DNA from: a virus
Taxonomy: Duplodnaviria; Caudoviricetes
Virus record (IMG/VR): IMGVR_UViG_3300020045_009352
Coordinates: 1 to 39,703 of that record
DNA: 39,703 bases
Reading direction: 5' to 3' (one strand)
Below are positions 26,771-35,468 of the stretch, piece by piece (within the stretch, counting starts at the first letter, position 1; every line of letters begins with the position of its first letter). The position numbers were made by a program, and so were the translations under genes. The notes under the pieces were generated by a model. That model was not told the DNA's origin. It was given only the letters and a program-made list of their open reading frames with translations, and made no database searches.

Positions 26771-29305
26771 ATGGTACCTTATAATGAATTTTTAGAAAGC
26801 AAAATACTCGAAGTAAAAAACACAGGATTCGAGTATAATAATTTCCACGATAATACTTTTCCACACCAAAGAGACACCTGCCAATGGGCGCTATATGGTG
26901 GCACCAGGGCGATATTTTGCAGCTTCGGATTAGGCAAGACAGTTATCCAATTAGAGATAGCTAAAGCAGTTGTAGAACGTACTGGTAAGCCTTTCTTAAT
27001 CGGGCTGCCTTTAGGTGTAGTTCAGGAGTTCAAAGATGATGCTAAAACTATTTTAGGCTTAGATGTTTACTACGTTAGAGACATGGAGGAGGCTCACAGT
27101 ATTGTAATTGAAAGAGGGTACAATAACTTTATTTATCCGGGAATATTTCTTTCAAATTACGACAGGATACGCGAAGGTGCTTTTGATTTATCATTCTTTG
27201 GAGGTATATCTTTTGATGAGGGAGATGCTATCCGTAACCGCGAAACAAAAACCAGTGAGTATATAATTACCGAGGCTTCAAAAGTGCCATACAGGTTTAT
27301 AGCTACCGCAACCCCCGCGCCAAACGAATTTACGGAAATACTTAACTATGCTGAATTTTTAGGCATTTGCGACCGCGGCCAGGCGTTAACGCGCTTCTTT
27401 CAGAGAGATAGCACAACAGCCGGTAACCTCACTATTTACCCGCACAAGGAAAAAGAGTTTTGGATATGGGTGCGCAGCTGGGCAATCTTCATAGAGTACC
27501 CATCTGATCTTGGTTATAGTGATGAAGGCTACCGTATGCCCGACCTGCAGGTGCATTACCACGAAGTAAATGTAAACGACCGCGCTGTTAAAGTTGATAG
27601 GGATGGGAATTATAAAATGTTTACCGATGCATCTAAAAGCCTAAGTGAAGGCGCAAGGGAGAAACGTGAAAGCCTTGCCGCTCGTGTTGAAAAATCAGTC
27701 GAGCTTGCGTTATCTGAACCGGAAAAGCATTTTATACTTTGGCATGATCTCGAAGATGAGCGAAAGTATCTCGAAGCTTTATTGCCAAAAGAGAAAACGG
27801 TATCAGTTTTTGGCACTCAGAAGCAGGAGGTAAAAGAGCAATACCTTAATGAGTTTAAATATGGACAGTTCCAATACTTAGCAACAAAACCATCTATTGC
27901 CGGGGCCGGTTGCAACTTTCAAAAGTATTGCAGTGATGCTATTTTCGTAGGTATAGGTTATAAGTTTAAAGACTTTATCCAGGCTATACACAGGATATTG
28001 AGGTTTAGGCAGGCCAACCAGGTAAATATACACCTTGTGTACACTGATGCCGAAAGGGACATTCTTAAAAAGCTTGAAATAAAATGGTCTAACCATAAAA
28101 AAATGATAGCCGAAATGACTGCCTTAATGAAGGAGTATGGCCTTGACCACCGCGCCCAGATAGAGCAGTTAAAGAGAACAATGGCTATTGAGCGCAAAGT
28201 ATACTGCAACGACGATATAAATTTGATTCACAACGACTGTGTAGCAGAGGTTCAGACAATGCCGGATGATTCTATTGAAATGATCCTTACCTCTATCCCG
28301 TTCAGTGACCAGTACGAATATTGCGAAAGCTATAGGGATTTCGGGCATAACGATGGTAATACCGGATTCTTTAAGCAAATGGATTATTTAGTTCCGGAAC
28401 TATTAAGGATAACACAACCGGGGCGTATCGCTGCAATCCATGTAAAAAACAGGATACAGTTTAGTTACCAAAACGGCGTGGGCTTCTCGTCTATAATAGA
28501 TTTCCGAGGCTTGACTACCCAATCATTCATTAAGCACGGCTGGCACCTGTTAGGGGAGCATTACATCACTACCGATGTAGTGCGCGAAAACAATCAAACC
28601 TACAGGCTGGGTTACACCGAGAACAGTAAAGACAGCTCTAAAATGGGGTGTGGTTCGCCGGAGTATCTTTTAATTTTCCGTAAGGCACCAACGGATACGT
28701 CCAACTCATACGCCGACGTTCGCGTGCAAAAAGATAAAGCAGCTTACACTTTAGGCCAATGGCAAATGGATGCTCATAGCTTATGGCGAAGCAACGGCAA
28801 CCGCATGCTTACCCCTGCTGAATTACGCAGTATGGATATGAGCCAGATATCTAAATGGTGGAAAGACTATGTTACAAACAATCCTTACAGCTTTGAAGAT
28901 CATGTAAACCTTTGCGACCAGCTTTCAAGCATCAAGAAGCTACCGACTACCTTCATGCTGCTAAGCCCGTGGACACATACACAAAACGATTTTGTTTGGG
29001 ATGATATAAGCAGGATGCATACACTAAACACTATGCAAGCCAATAAGAAAAAAGAAAAGCATGTTTGCCCATTGCAGTTTGATATTGTTGACAGAGCTAT
29101 AACGCGCTACTCTAACCCCGGCGAATTGATATATGATCCTTTCGGCGGTTTAGGGACCGTACCGCTTAGAGCTGTGAAGTTAGGCCGCAAAGGCATGAGT
29201 ACCGAGCTAAACGAAATGTACTGGAATGATAGCGTTGAGTATGCTAAAGCTATGGAGCATGACAAAAAGCAGCCGAACCTTTTTGATTTAATAGATGTAG
29301 CATGA
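26771..29305 (+). CDS. SNF2-like helicase fused to an amino (N4-C/N6-A) DNA methyltransferase
   Basis: GLGKT, FDEG, TATPAPN and QAIHR..RF helicase motifs; then TSIPF (motif IV) before DPFGGLGT (motif I), i.e. beta-class order; C-terminal KQPNLF. Confidence 0.88.
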   Translation: MVPYNEFLESKILEVKNTGFEYNNFHDNTFPHQRDTCQWALYGGTRAIFCSFGLGKTVIQLEIAKAVVERTGKPFLIGLPLGVVQEFKDDAKTILGLDVYYVRDMEEAHSIVIERGYNNFIYPGIFLSNYDRIREGAFDLSFFGGISFDEGDAIRNRETKTSEYIITEASKVPYRFIATATPAPNEFTEILNYAEFLGICDRGQALTRFFQRDSTTAGNLTIYPHKEKEFWIWVRSWAIFIEYPSDLGYSDEGYRMPDLQVHYHEVNVNDRAVKVDRDGNYKMFTDASKSLSEGAREKRESLAARVEKSVELALSEPEKHFILWHDLEDERKYLEALLPKEKTVSVFGTQKQEVKEQYLNEFKYGQFQYLATKPSIAGAGCNFQKYCSDAIFVGIGYKFKDFIQAIHRILRFRQANQVNIHLVYTDAERDILKKLEIKWSNHKKMIAEMTALMKEYGLDHRAQIEQLKRTMAIERKVYCNDDINLIHNDCVAEVQTMPDDSIEMILTSIPFSDQYEYCESYRDFGHNDGNTGFFKQMDYLVPELLRITQPGRIAAIHVKNRIQFSYQNGVGFSSIIDFRGLTTQSFIKHGWHLLGEHYITTDVVRENNQTYRLGYTENSKDSSKMGCGSPEYLLIFRKAPTDTSNSYADVRVQKDKAAYTLGQWQMDAHSLWRSNGNRMLTPAELRSMDMSQISKWWKDYVTNNPYSFEDHVNLCDQLSSIKKLPTTFMLLSPWTHTQNDFVWDDISRMHTLNTMQANKKKEKHVCPLQFDIVDRAITRYSNPGELIYDPFGGLGTVPLRAVKLGRKGMSTELNEMYWNDSVEYAKAMEHDKKQPNLFDLIDVA

Positions 29306-29655
29306 CACCTAAGCAAGAAGGATTAAAGCGCGTTCGTAAAAACAATACTGTAGACTACGAAAAGCTACTTGCTTTCGCCAAACAATGGGTAAAGCAAAAG
29401 ATGTACCCTTTCACATCAGAAGATTTAAAACTGGCATACGAAGCAGTTAACACCCCGCCCCGGCAACCAAACATATACGGGGCGGCTGTTAATGCCTTAG
29501 CCTGTAAACATCTTATTTATGAAAGCGGAACTGCGAGGGCTAAGCTTAAAGCGGCCCATGGCAGGTTAATATTAAAATGGATAAGCCACGAATACAGGCT
29601 TGCCCAATCTGAAAAACCAAAGAACCAAAAGCAAATTAACCTGTTTGATTTATGA
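29302..29655 (+). CDS. Small basic protein with C-terminal KQINLF
   Basis: Coupled between the two MTase genes; possibly winged-helix-like. Confidence 0.7.
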   Translation: MTPKQEGLKRVRKNNTVDYEKLLAFAKQWVKQKMYPFTSEDLKLAYEAVNTPPRQPNIYGAAVNALACKHLIYESGTARAKLKAAHGRLILKWISHEYRLAQSEKPKNQKQINLFDL

Positions 29656-30665
29656 AGCACATATCATTATTTTCCGGCATAGGCGGCTTTGACCTCGCAG
29701 CCGAATGGATGGGATGGGAGAATGTTGCTCATTGCGAATGGAACCCATTTGGTCAACGAATATTAAAATACTACTGGCCTAAATCAATATCATACCATGA
29801 CATTACAAAAACAGATTTCACTATTCACAGAGGGCATGTTGACATCGTTACAGGAGGATTCCCCTGCCAGCCTTACAGCGTTGCAGGAAAACGAAAAGGA
29901 AAAGAAGATGAGCGTCACCTGTGGCCCGAAATGCTTAGAGCAATTCGCGAGATTCAACCGCGCTGGGTTGTGGGAGAAAACGTTCGCGGGATTATTAATT
30001 GGGATGCCGGGGTGGTATTCGACGAGGTGCAGGCTGACCTGGAAGCTGAGGGCTACAAAATACTCCCGTTTTTACTTCCAGCTGCAAGTGTCAACGCTCC
30101 ACACGAACGATACAGAACGTGGTTTGTTGCTTTCAACCCCAAGTTCAAATCCGATGGGGAATGTAACGATGGAACGAGCTCAGGAAATGAATTGGAAATG
30201 GCTGGGGACTTCTTTGGTACGACCGGATGGCAGCAAAGTACAGACAACCCTCATACATCAGATAACGGCGGGTTTACTGCTAACACCTACGACAAGGGAG
30301 GAAGTTCAGGACTTGGAGAAGTTCCAAAAGAGAATGGAGAAATACCCGAATGGAACAAAGATGCCGAACCTTGCTACTCAAGTGATAGGGATGTTGCCAA
30401 CACCTCAAGCATACGACAGCCCGGAGAAGAATACAGGCAAGAGGAATCAGGATGGACTTCAAAAGAGAGCGTTCGAGATGACTGGCAAAACTTCCCAACT
30501 CAATCCCCAGTTCGTTATGGAGATGATGGGTTTTCCTCCCAATTGGACGGAATTACCTTTCCTAAATGGAGGAACGAATCAATCAAAGCCGGGGGCAACG
30601 CTGTAGTTCCCCAAGTTGTTTACCAAATTTTTAAAGCTATAGAAAATTATGAATATAGAAAGTGA
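29652..30665 (+). CDS. C5 cytosine DNA methyltransferase, alpha-type polypeptide
   Basis: Motifs I SLFSGIGG, IV GGFPCQ, VI ENV, VIII HERYR.W and X GNAVVPQ; no motif IX in this frame. Confidence 0.92.
   Translation: MKHISLFSGIGGFDLAAEWMGWENVAHCEWNPFGQRILKYYWPKSISYHDITKTDFTIHRGHVDIVTGGFPCQPYSVAGKRKGKEDERHLWPEMLRAIREIQPRWVVGENVRGIINWDAGVVFDEVQADLEAEGYKILPFLLPAASVNAPHERYRTWFVAFNPKFKSDGECNDGTSSGNELEMAGDFFGTTGWQQSTDNPHTSDNGGFTANTYDKGGSSGLGEVPKENGEIPEWNKDAEPCYSSDRDVANTSSIRQPGEEYRQEESGWTSKESVRDDWQNFPTQSPVRYGDDGFSSQLDGITFPKWRNESIKAGGNAVVPQVVYQIFKAIENYEYRK
29797..30606 (+). CDS. Nested +1-frame polypeptide: C5-MTase beta-type subunit (TRD-like repeats + motif IX)
   Basis: 269 codons open inside the MTase gene; ends LNPQFVMEMMGFPPNWT (motif IX-like); three L..TP units; N-terminal KQISLF. 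Confidence 0.8.
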   Translation: MTLQKQISLFTEGMLTSLQEDSPASLTALQENEKEKKMSVTCGPKCLEQFARFNRAGLWEKTFAGLLIGMPGWYSTRCRLTWKLRATKYSRFYFQLQVSTLHTNDTERGLLLSTPSSNPMGNVTMERAQEMNWKWLGTSLVRPDGSKVQTTLIHQITAGLLLTPTTREEVQDLEKFQKRMEKYPNGTKMPNLATQVIGMLPTPQAYDSPEKNTGKRNQDGLQKRAFEMTGKTSQLNPQFVMEMMGFPPNWTELPFLNGGTNQSKPGATL

Positions 30666-30909
30666 AATTACAAAACAAGGGTTTCAGATTATAAATGTTG
30701 GAGTGCCTGAAATGCTTAAGCTGGGAGGTCTATGCATATGCGATAGCTGCAATAATGCAATGTTTAAAGGCACATTCATTGGTGCGTTGAATAGGGTTTA
30801 TTGTCCGGAATGTTATACTGACTGGCACGAAAACGCCACTTATTACGAAGAGGATAAACCTTACGAAACAAGAATAATCAACTCAACTTTAAAAAAACTA
30901 AAACCATGA
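30649..30909 (+). CDS. Small Zn-finger protein
   Basis: CDSC...CPEC. Confidence 0.7.
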   Translation: MNIESEITKQGFQIINVGVPEMLKLGGLCICDSCNNAMFKGTFIGALNRVYCPECYTDWHENATYYEEDKPYETRIINSTLKKLKP

Positions 30910-31964
30910 TAAATTTATTTAACGCACAATTTAACACTGCTTCCATCCATAAAGTAGGAAACAAAAGCCGGGGCGAAAATCTATTCATTGCAGCATCGGA
31001 ATACCGCCTTGATGACGAGATAACCCCGCTGCTAAAAGAATACTTCTTAAAGCCATTCAGGGATAAAGAGGAAAACTATTTCCAGTTTTACCACGATGTA
31101 CATCTTGACTACAACGAAATGTATTCGCTTGCAAAATCTGTATTTAAAGCACAAGGCGAAAACATGCATCGAAAGTCTGAGAACATTGCCAGGCATCTGT
31201 ATGGCCAGTCCAACCACCCACACATAAAAGCCGGGGAGCTTTATGTTGTCTACATGAAAAACGTTACCATAGATAACAACGTAGTTGATGCTATCGGAAT
31301 TTTCAAATCAGAAATAAAGTCAGACTTTCTGCAATTCAAGCAGAATGATAACATCCTGCTGCCAAAGCTACAGCAAGGCATCAACTTGGATAAGCTGGAC
31401 AAAGGCGCAATAATCTTCAACTATAAAGCTGATGAGGGCTACAAGATCCTTTGTGTTGACCAAAACCGTTACGATGCCCGATACTGGCTTGAACACTTCT
31501 TAGGTGTGGATTTGCTCCATGATGAGAACTTCGTTACAAAGAAGTACCTTAAAATGGTTCAGGACTTTGCAAAGGATGTAGTACTGCCTGCCGAGGATAA
31601 AAAGGAAGAAGTAATGTTTATGAACCGGTCTGTTAACTACTTTGCCAAGAACGACGAGTTTGAAGAAACTGCTTTTCTTAACGAAGTACTTGATAACCCA
31701 GACCTAATACCGGAGTTTAAAAACTATAAAACAGAAAAGGCCGGTAAGTACTCAATCGAAGATGTAAGCAATTTCCCTATCTCTAACAGCGCGGTAACCG
31801 ATGCCCGAAAAAAGATTAAATCGGTTATAAATCTGGATACTAATATACAAATAAAACTTGACTTTATCAACCCTGAAAGCGCGGAAAAGTTCATTGAAAA
31901 AGGCTGGGACGAGGAGAAACAAATGTATTATTACCTGTGTTATTTTAATAAGGAAGCGAAGTAA
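30906..31964 (+). CDS. Nucleoid-associated protein (NA-37/YejK-like)
   Basis: IHKVGNK, HP.IK.GELY, AIGIFKSE, KLDKGAII and YW...FL motifs, resembling the Bacteroidota chromosomal gene. Confidence 0.82.
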   Translation: MINLFNAQFNTASIHKVGNKSRGENLFIAASEYRLDDEITPLLKEYFLKPFRDKEENYFQFYHDVHLDYNEMYSLAKSVFKAQGENMHRKSENIARHLYGQSNHPHIKAGELYVVYMKNVTIDNNVVDAIGIFKSEIKSDFLQFKQNDNILLPKLQQGINLDKLDKGAIIFNYKADEGYKILCVDQNRYDARYWLEHFLGVDLLHDENFVTKKYLKMVQDFAKDVVLPAEDKKEEVMFMNRSVNYFAKNDEFEETAFLNEVLDNPDLIPEFKNYKTEKAGKYSIEDVSNFPISNSAVTDARKKIKSVINLDTNIQIKLDFINPESAEKFIEKGWDEEKQMYYYLCYFNKEAK

Positions 31965-32203
31965 TGACCCATGAATTAAAAACATGGCCTGAACATTTTG
32001 AACAGGTTTGGAATAGAGTAAAAAAGTTCGAGGTAAGAAAAAAAGACCGACCTTACAAAGTAGGGGATAGGCTTTACCTAAAAGAGTTTGATCCTAATAC
32101 CCAAAAATATACTGGCCGCTGCTACAATGTTGAAGTTACCCATTTACTTAACGGTGGCCAGTTCGGGATAGAAAAAGGATTTTGTGTAATGTCAATAGAG
32201 TAA
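31964..32203 (+). CDS. DUF3850 / ASCH-like (PUA-fold) protein
   Basis: HELKTWP..F......K.FEVRK.DR.YKVGD.L.LKE motif. Confidence 0.85.
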   Translation: MTHELKTWPEHFEQVWNRVKKFEVRKKDRPYKVGDRLYLKEFDPNTQKYTGRCYNVEVTHLLNGGQFGIEKGFCVMSIE

Positions 32204-32251
32204 AATACATAAAGCTTTAACCATAATAGAACCCATGAAATAGTCAACCAC

Positions 32252-32350
32252 ACCCGAGGCGGTAAACCAGGGGTAGCGATCGTTAAACGCTAAGGCAGGG
32301 ATGCCGACCGCCCAACCAACCCACGTGAAGATAGTACCGTGGGTTTTTTT
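32252..32350 (+). ncRNA. Candidate structured RNA followed by an intrinsic terminator
   Basis: GGCGGT/ACCGCC encloses TAGCG/CGCTA and GGCA-GGGA-TGCC stems; terminator AACCCACG/CGTGGGTT-T5 at 32318-32350. Confidence 0.5.
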
Positions 32351-32651
32351 ATACGCATTTACCTCTGAACTTGCAAATGTTATAGCATATCTCAGAAATC
32401 AAATGAATATCTACGATAGTTATATTTATGTTTTTTTTGAAATATTTTTTTACTGATTTAAAGGTTTTCTTTAATTTTTTTAAAACTGGTTTTACTGGCA
32501 TAATTATATTAAATTAAGTTTATTGCAAATTTAAATTTTAGCTTTGATATTTAAAAATCCATAAATTTGTATGTTATGCAAACAAATATAATGCACGTTT
32601 TTTGTTTACACAAAAGGTTAAGATTTCGTCTTAGAATGCATATATTTTTTG

Positions 32652-32829
32652 TATATTTGCTACTCTAAATAGCTCTATTATAGAGCGAGTTACTACAAGT
32701 TTTGGGGCGACTGCCCGTATGATATTTGATTATATGCCATAAGAGCATGTACAAGGGATTAACCCCCGCATTAAAAAATAACCGCAATACCCCAATAAGC
32801 ACACCCTTTCAATCCGAAATGGGTGTTTT
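32652..32829 (+). promoter_or_regulatory. Promoter motif, hairpin-rich leader and terminator-like hairpin upstream of late genes
   Basis: TATATTTG 32652-32659; hairpins at 32672-32686 and 32705-32716; ACACCC...GGGTGT-TTT at 32801-32829. Confidence 0.5.
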
Positions 32830-32865
32830 CTGCATTTGCGGTATTCAAAAATCACAAAACACATT

Positions 32866-33273
32866 ATGAAAGCAGAAGATTTACGAAAAGGGAATTTTGT
32901 GTTTGTAAATAATTTAAAATACCGTAAAGAATTACAAGGTATCCCGCTTACGGTAAATGGAATACAAGAGCGTAGCAATGAATTATTCCCAAACTCAAAT
33001 AATGTTGTTAGCTTATTACATGTATGGGATACAGTTTCTCAATTTGAGGAATTTATAGAACCCATCCCAATAACAGAAGAGTGGCTTTTGAAGTTTGGGT
33101 TTAGTAAAATAGGAGAAAATTTTGATTTAAAAGGATTTTGTATTTGGTGGTCAACAATAGTAAAAGAATACCATTTCAGGATTAATGGGTCCGGAATACA
33201 CTTAAAGCACATCCACCAGCTCCAAAACCTGTACCACGCACTTACTGGAGAAGAACTCACTTTAAAAGACTAA
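32866..33273 (+). CDS. Conserved Bacteroidota-phage hypothetical protein
   Basis: MKAEDLR.GN, IEPIPITEEWLLKFGF and HQLQNLY.ALTGEEL motifs; ATG 32866 preferred. Confidence 0.75.
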   Translation: MKAEDLRKGNFVFVNNLKYRKELQGIPLTVNGIQERSNELFPNSNNVVSLLHVWDTVSQFEEFIEPIPITEEWLLKFGFSKIGENFDLKGFCIWWSTIVKEYHFRINGSGIHLKHIHQLQNLYHALTGEELTLKD

Positions 33274-33276
33274 CCT

Positions 33277-33405
33277 ATGAAGCGATATAAAAAAATAGCC
33301 ATATCCATTTACTTTCAAATAGGAGTAAACATAATAGGCTTACCGGACTTTCACATACACACCGGGACAATGCAATTGCAGGTAAGAAGTAATTTTCATA
33401 ATTAA
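33277..33405 (+). CDS. Small ORF, 42 aa, not in the track
   Basis: Fills the gap after the upstream stop. Confidence 0.35.
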   Translation: MKRYKKIAISIYFQIGVNIIGLPDFHIHTGTMQLQVRSNFHN

Positions 33406-33412
33406 AAATACC

Positions 33413-33559
33413 ATGAAACCAGAATATAAAAACACGCCTGATTACCCTGAACACGGAATAAGAGACGTTCGGGACATCGAAGTTTATATAACAACCGAAA
33501 GCGAAGATATTGCCTTATCTAAAGAATTACTTAAATCTAACAACAATGGCAGAGGATAA
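33413..33559 (+). CDS. Small ORF, 48 aa, not in the track
   Basis: A-rich leader; overlaps the terS start. Confidence 0.4.
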   Translation: MKPEYKNTPDYPEHGIRDVRDIEVYITTESEDIALSKELLKSNNNGRG

Positions 33560-34094
33560 AAAACTAACCGATAAACAAGAGAGCTATTGCCAAAACTATA
33601 TTATATGTGGTAACCAAAGTGCTGCCTATAGAATAGTATTTGATGCAGAAGTAATGAACGCTAATGCCGTTGCTGTAGAGGCTTGTAGGCTGCACGCTAA
33701 CCCTAAAATTACCCTAAGGTTAAAAGAGTTACAGCGCGAAGTATGGGAGCGTAATAAGGTTACTATTGATGAGATAATCCAAACCCTTGGAGGGATGATA
33801 AGGTTTGATATCGCGGACCTATACGATGATGATGGTTGTTTATTACCATTAAAGCAAATACCCTTAGCGGCCAGGCAAATGATTAGCCAATTAGATATTG
33901 AAGAACTGTTTGAGTATATAGATAAAGACAAGATTCTAATAGGCCATACCAAGAAAGTGCGCACATACAGCAAGCTCGATGCTATCGAGAAGCTCATGAA
34001 GCACCTTGGAGGGTACGAAAAAGACAATAAGCAGCTGAAATCCGATAATATTATAATGCTTAACCTGGGCGACGGCCATCCTGAAATAGAATGA
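33546..34094 (+). CDS. terS: Terminase small subunit
   Basis: LTDKQE.YC..Y....N.SAAYR, A.RL..NPKI and KLDA.EKL.KHLG motifs. Confidence 0.9.
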   Translation: MAEDKKLTDKQESYCQNYIICGNQSAAYRIVFDAEVMNANAVAVEACRLHANPKITLRLKELQREVWERNKVTIDEIIQTLGGMIRFDIADLYDDDGCLLPLKQIPLAARQMISQLDIEELFEYIDKDKILIGHTKKVRTYSKLDAIEKLMKHLGGYEKDNKQLKSDNIIMLNLGDGHPEIE

Positions 34095-34142
34095 TTTTGT
34101 AAGAAGAGTATCCGATAATAGGGCTTGTGTGTAAGAAAACCA

Positions 34143-35468
34143 ATGAAACTACTAAAAAAGCAGCAAAATGCAATCTACTACCTTAAAGACAATGCTACAG
34201 AGGAAATACTGTATGGTGGCGCAGCCGGTGGTGGTAAATCCGCCCTTGGTTGCCTATGGCTTATAGAGATGTGCCAAAAGTACCCCGGCACGCGCTGGCT
34301 TATGGGTAGGGCTAAGTTAAAGACCTTAAAAGAAACTACGCTTAACACGTTCTTTGAATTAACGTCCTCATTAAAACTAAGTAAGCAATTTACTTATAAC
34401 GGGCAATCGGATATTATCACATGGTCAAATGGTAGCCAGATACTTCTTAAGGATTTATTTAGCTATCCATCAGATCCAAACTTTGACCGGCTTGGTTCGC
34501 TTGAGATAACGGGGGCTTTCGTCGATGAGTGCAACCAGGTAGCCTACCACGCATGGCAGATACTTAAGAGCCGTATTCGTTACAAGCTTACACAATATGG
34601 ACTAATGCCAAAAATATTAGGCAGCTGCAACCCTGCAAAGAATTGGACGTATAAAGAGTTTTACAAGCCGTGCCGGGATAAGTCGCTCCCTGAATATCGC
34701 AGGTTTATACAAAGCCTGCCAACCGATAACCCGCACTTACACCCAAGCTACCTGCAATCGTTGCTAAGGCTCGACAAAAACAGCAGGGAGCGCCTTTATT
34801 ACGGCAACTGGGAATATGACGACGACCCGGCTACACTTATAGATAACGATAGCATATCAGATTACTTCAACCCTGAACACATCAAAGTTGAGGGGCTCAA
34901 GTACATGACTATTGATGTTGCGAGAAAAGGTAAAGATAAAACGGTATTCAGGATATGGCACGGTTGGTTATGTATTGCCCGGGAAAGCATAGGTAAAAGC
35001 GGCCTCGATGTAGTTGTGAAGAGAGCAAAAGAACTACAGGTTAAGCATAGCATAGCTTTATCTAACATCGTTGCAGATGAGGATGGTGTGGGTGGCGGTG
35101 TGGTCGACTTCCTGAAGTGTAAAGGCTTTGTGAATAACTCAAGCCCTTTGGAGATGCTTGAGGGCAAAGTATATATTAAGCCCAATTTTGACAACCTGAA
35201 AAGCCAATGCAGCATTAAGATGTCTGAAATGATTGTTAAGCGAGAAGCCGGGGAGATATGTGATGATGATGCAGTAAAGGAGATAACCTCTGAAGAGATG
35301 GAGCAGGTTAAGATTAAAGATATTGACAAAGATGGCAGGCAGGGCATTATCCCTAAAGACAGGATAAAAGAACTTATAGGCCGTTCCCCTGATGAGTGGG
35401 ATAGCATTATGATGCGCTACTGGTTTGCCTTAAGAAAAACATACACCACCCGTGTGCGGGTTAATTAA
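34143..35468 (+). CDS. terL: Terminase large subunit
   Basis: YGGAAGGGKS Walker A, FVDE Walker B, SCNP, DNPHL, and nuclease motifs DVAR.G.D, DEDGVG and SPD..D. Confidence 0.95.
   Translation: MKLLKKQQNAIYYLKDNATEEILYGGAAGGGKSALGCLWLIEMCQKYPGTRWLMGRAKLKTLKETTLNTFFELTSSLKLSKQFTYNGQSDIITWSNGSQILLKDLFSYPSDPNFDRLGSLEITGAFVDECNQVAYHAWQILKSRIRYKLTQYGLMPKILGSCNPAKNWTYKEFYKPCRDKSLPEYRRFIQSLPTDNPHLHPSYLQSLLRLDKNSRERLYYGNWEYDDDPATLIDNDSISDYFNPEHIKVEGLKYMTIDVARKGKDKTVFRIWHGWLCIARESIGKSGLDVVVKRAKELQVKHSIALSNIVADEDGVGGGVVDFLKCKGFVNNSSPLEMLEGKVYIKPNFDNLKSQCSIKMSEMIVKREAGEICDDDAVKEITSEEMEQVKIKDIDKDGRQGIIPKDRIKELIGRSPDEWDSIMMRYWFALRKTYTTRVRVN

Noticed and set aside
30906-30920. MINLF as a fourth clamp-binding motif
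   Set aside because: No Gln, and it resembles the normal N-terminus of the host-type protein.
32252-32312. c-di-GMP/SAM riboswitch or hammerhead ribozyme
   Set aside because: Lacks the conserved cores I can recall (e.g. CUGAUGA/GAAA, GCAAA..GACGCAAA); kept as an unassigned structured RNA.
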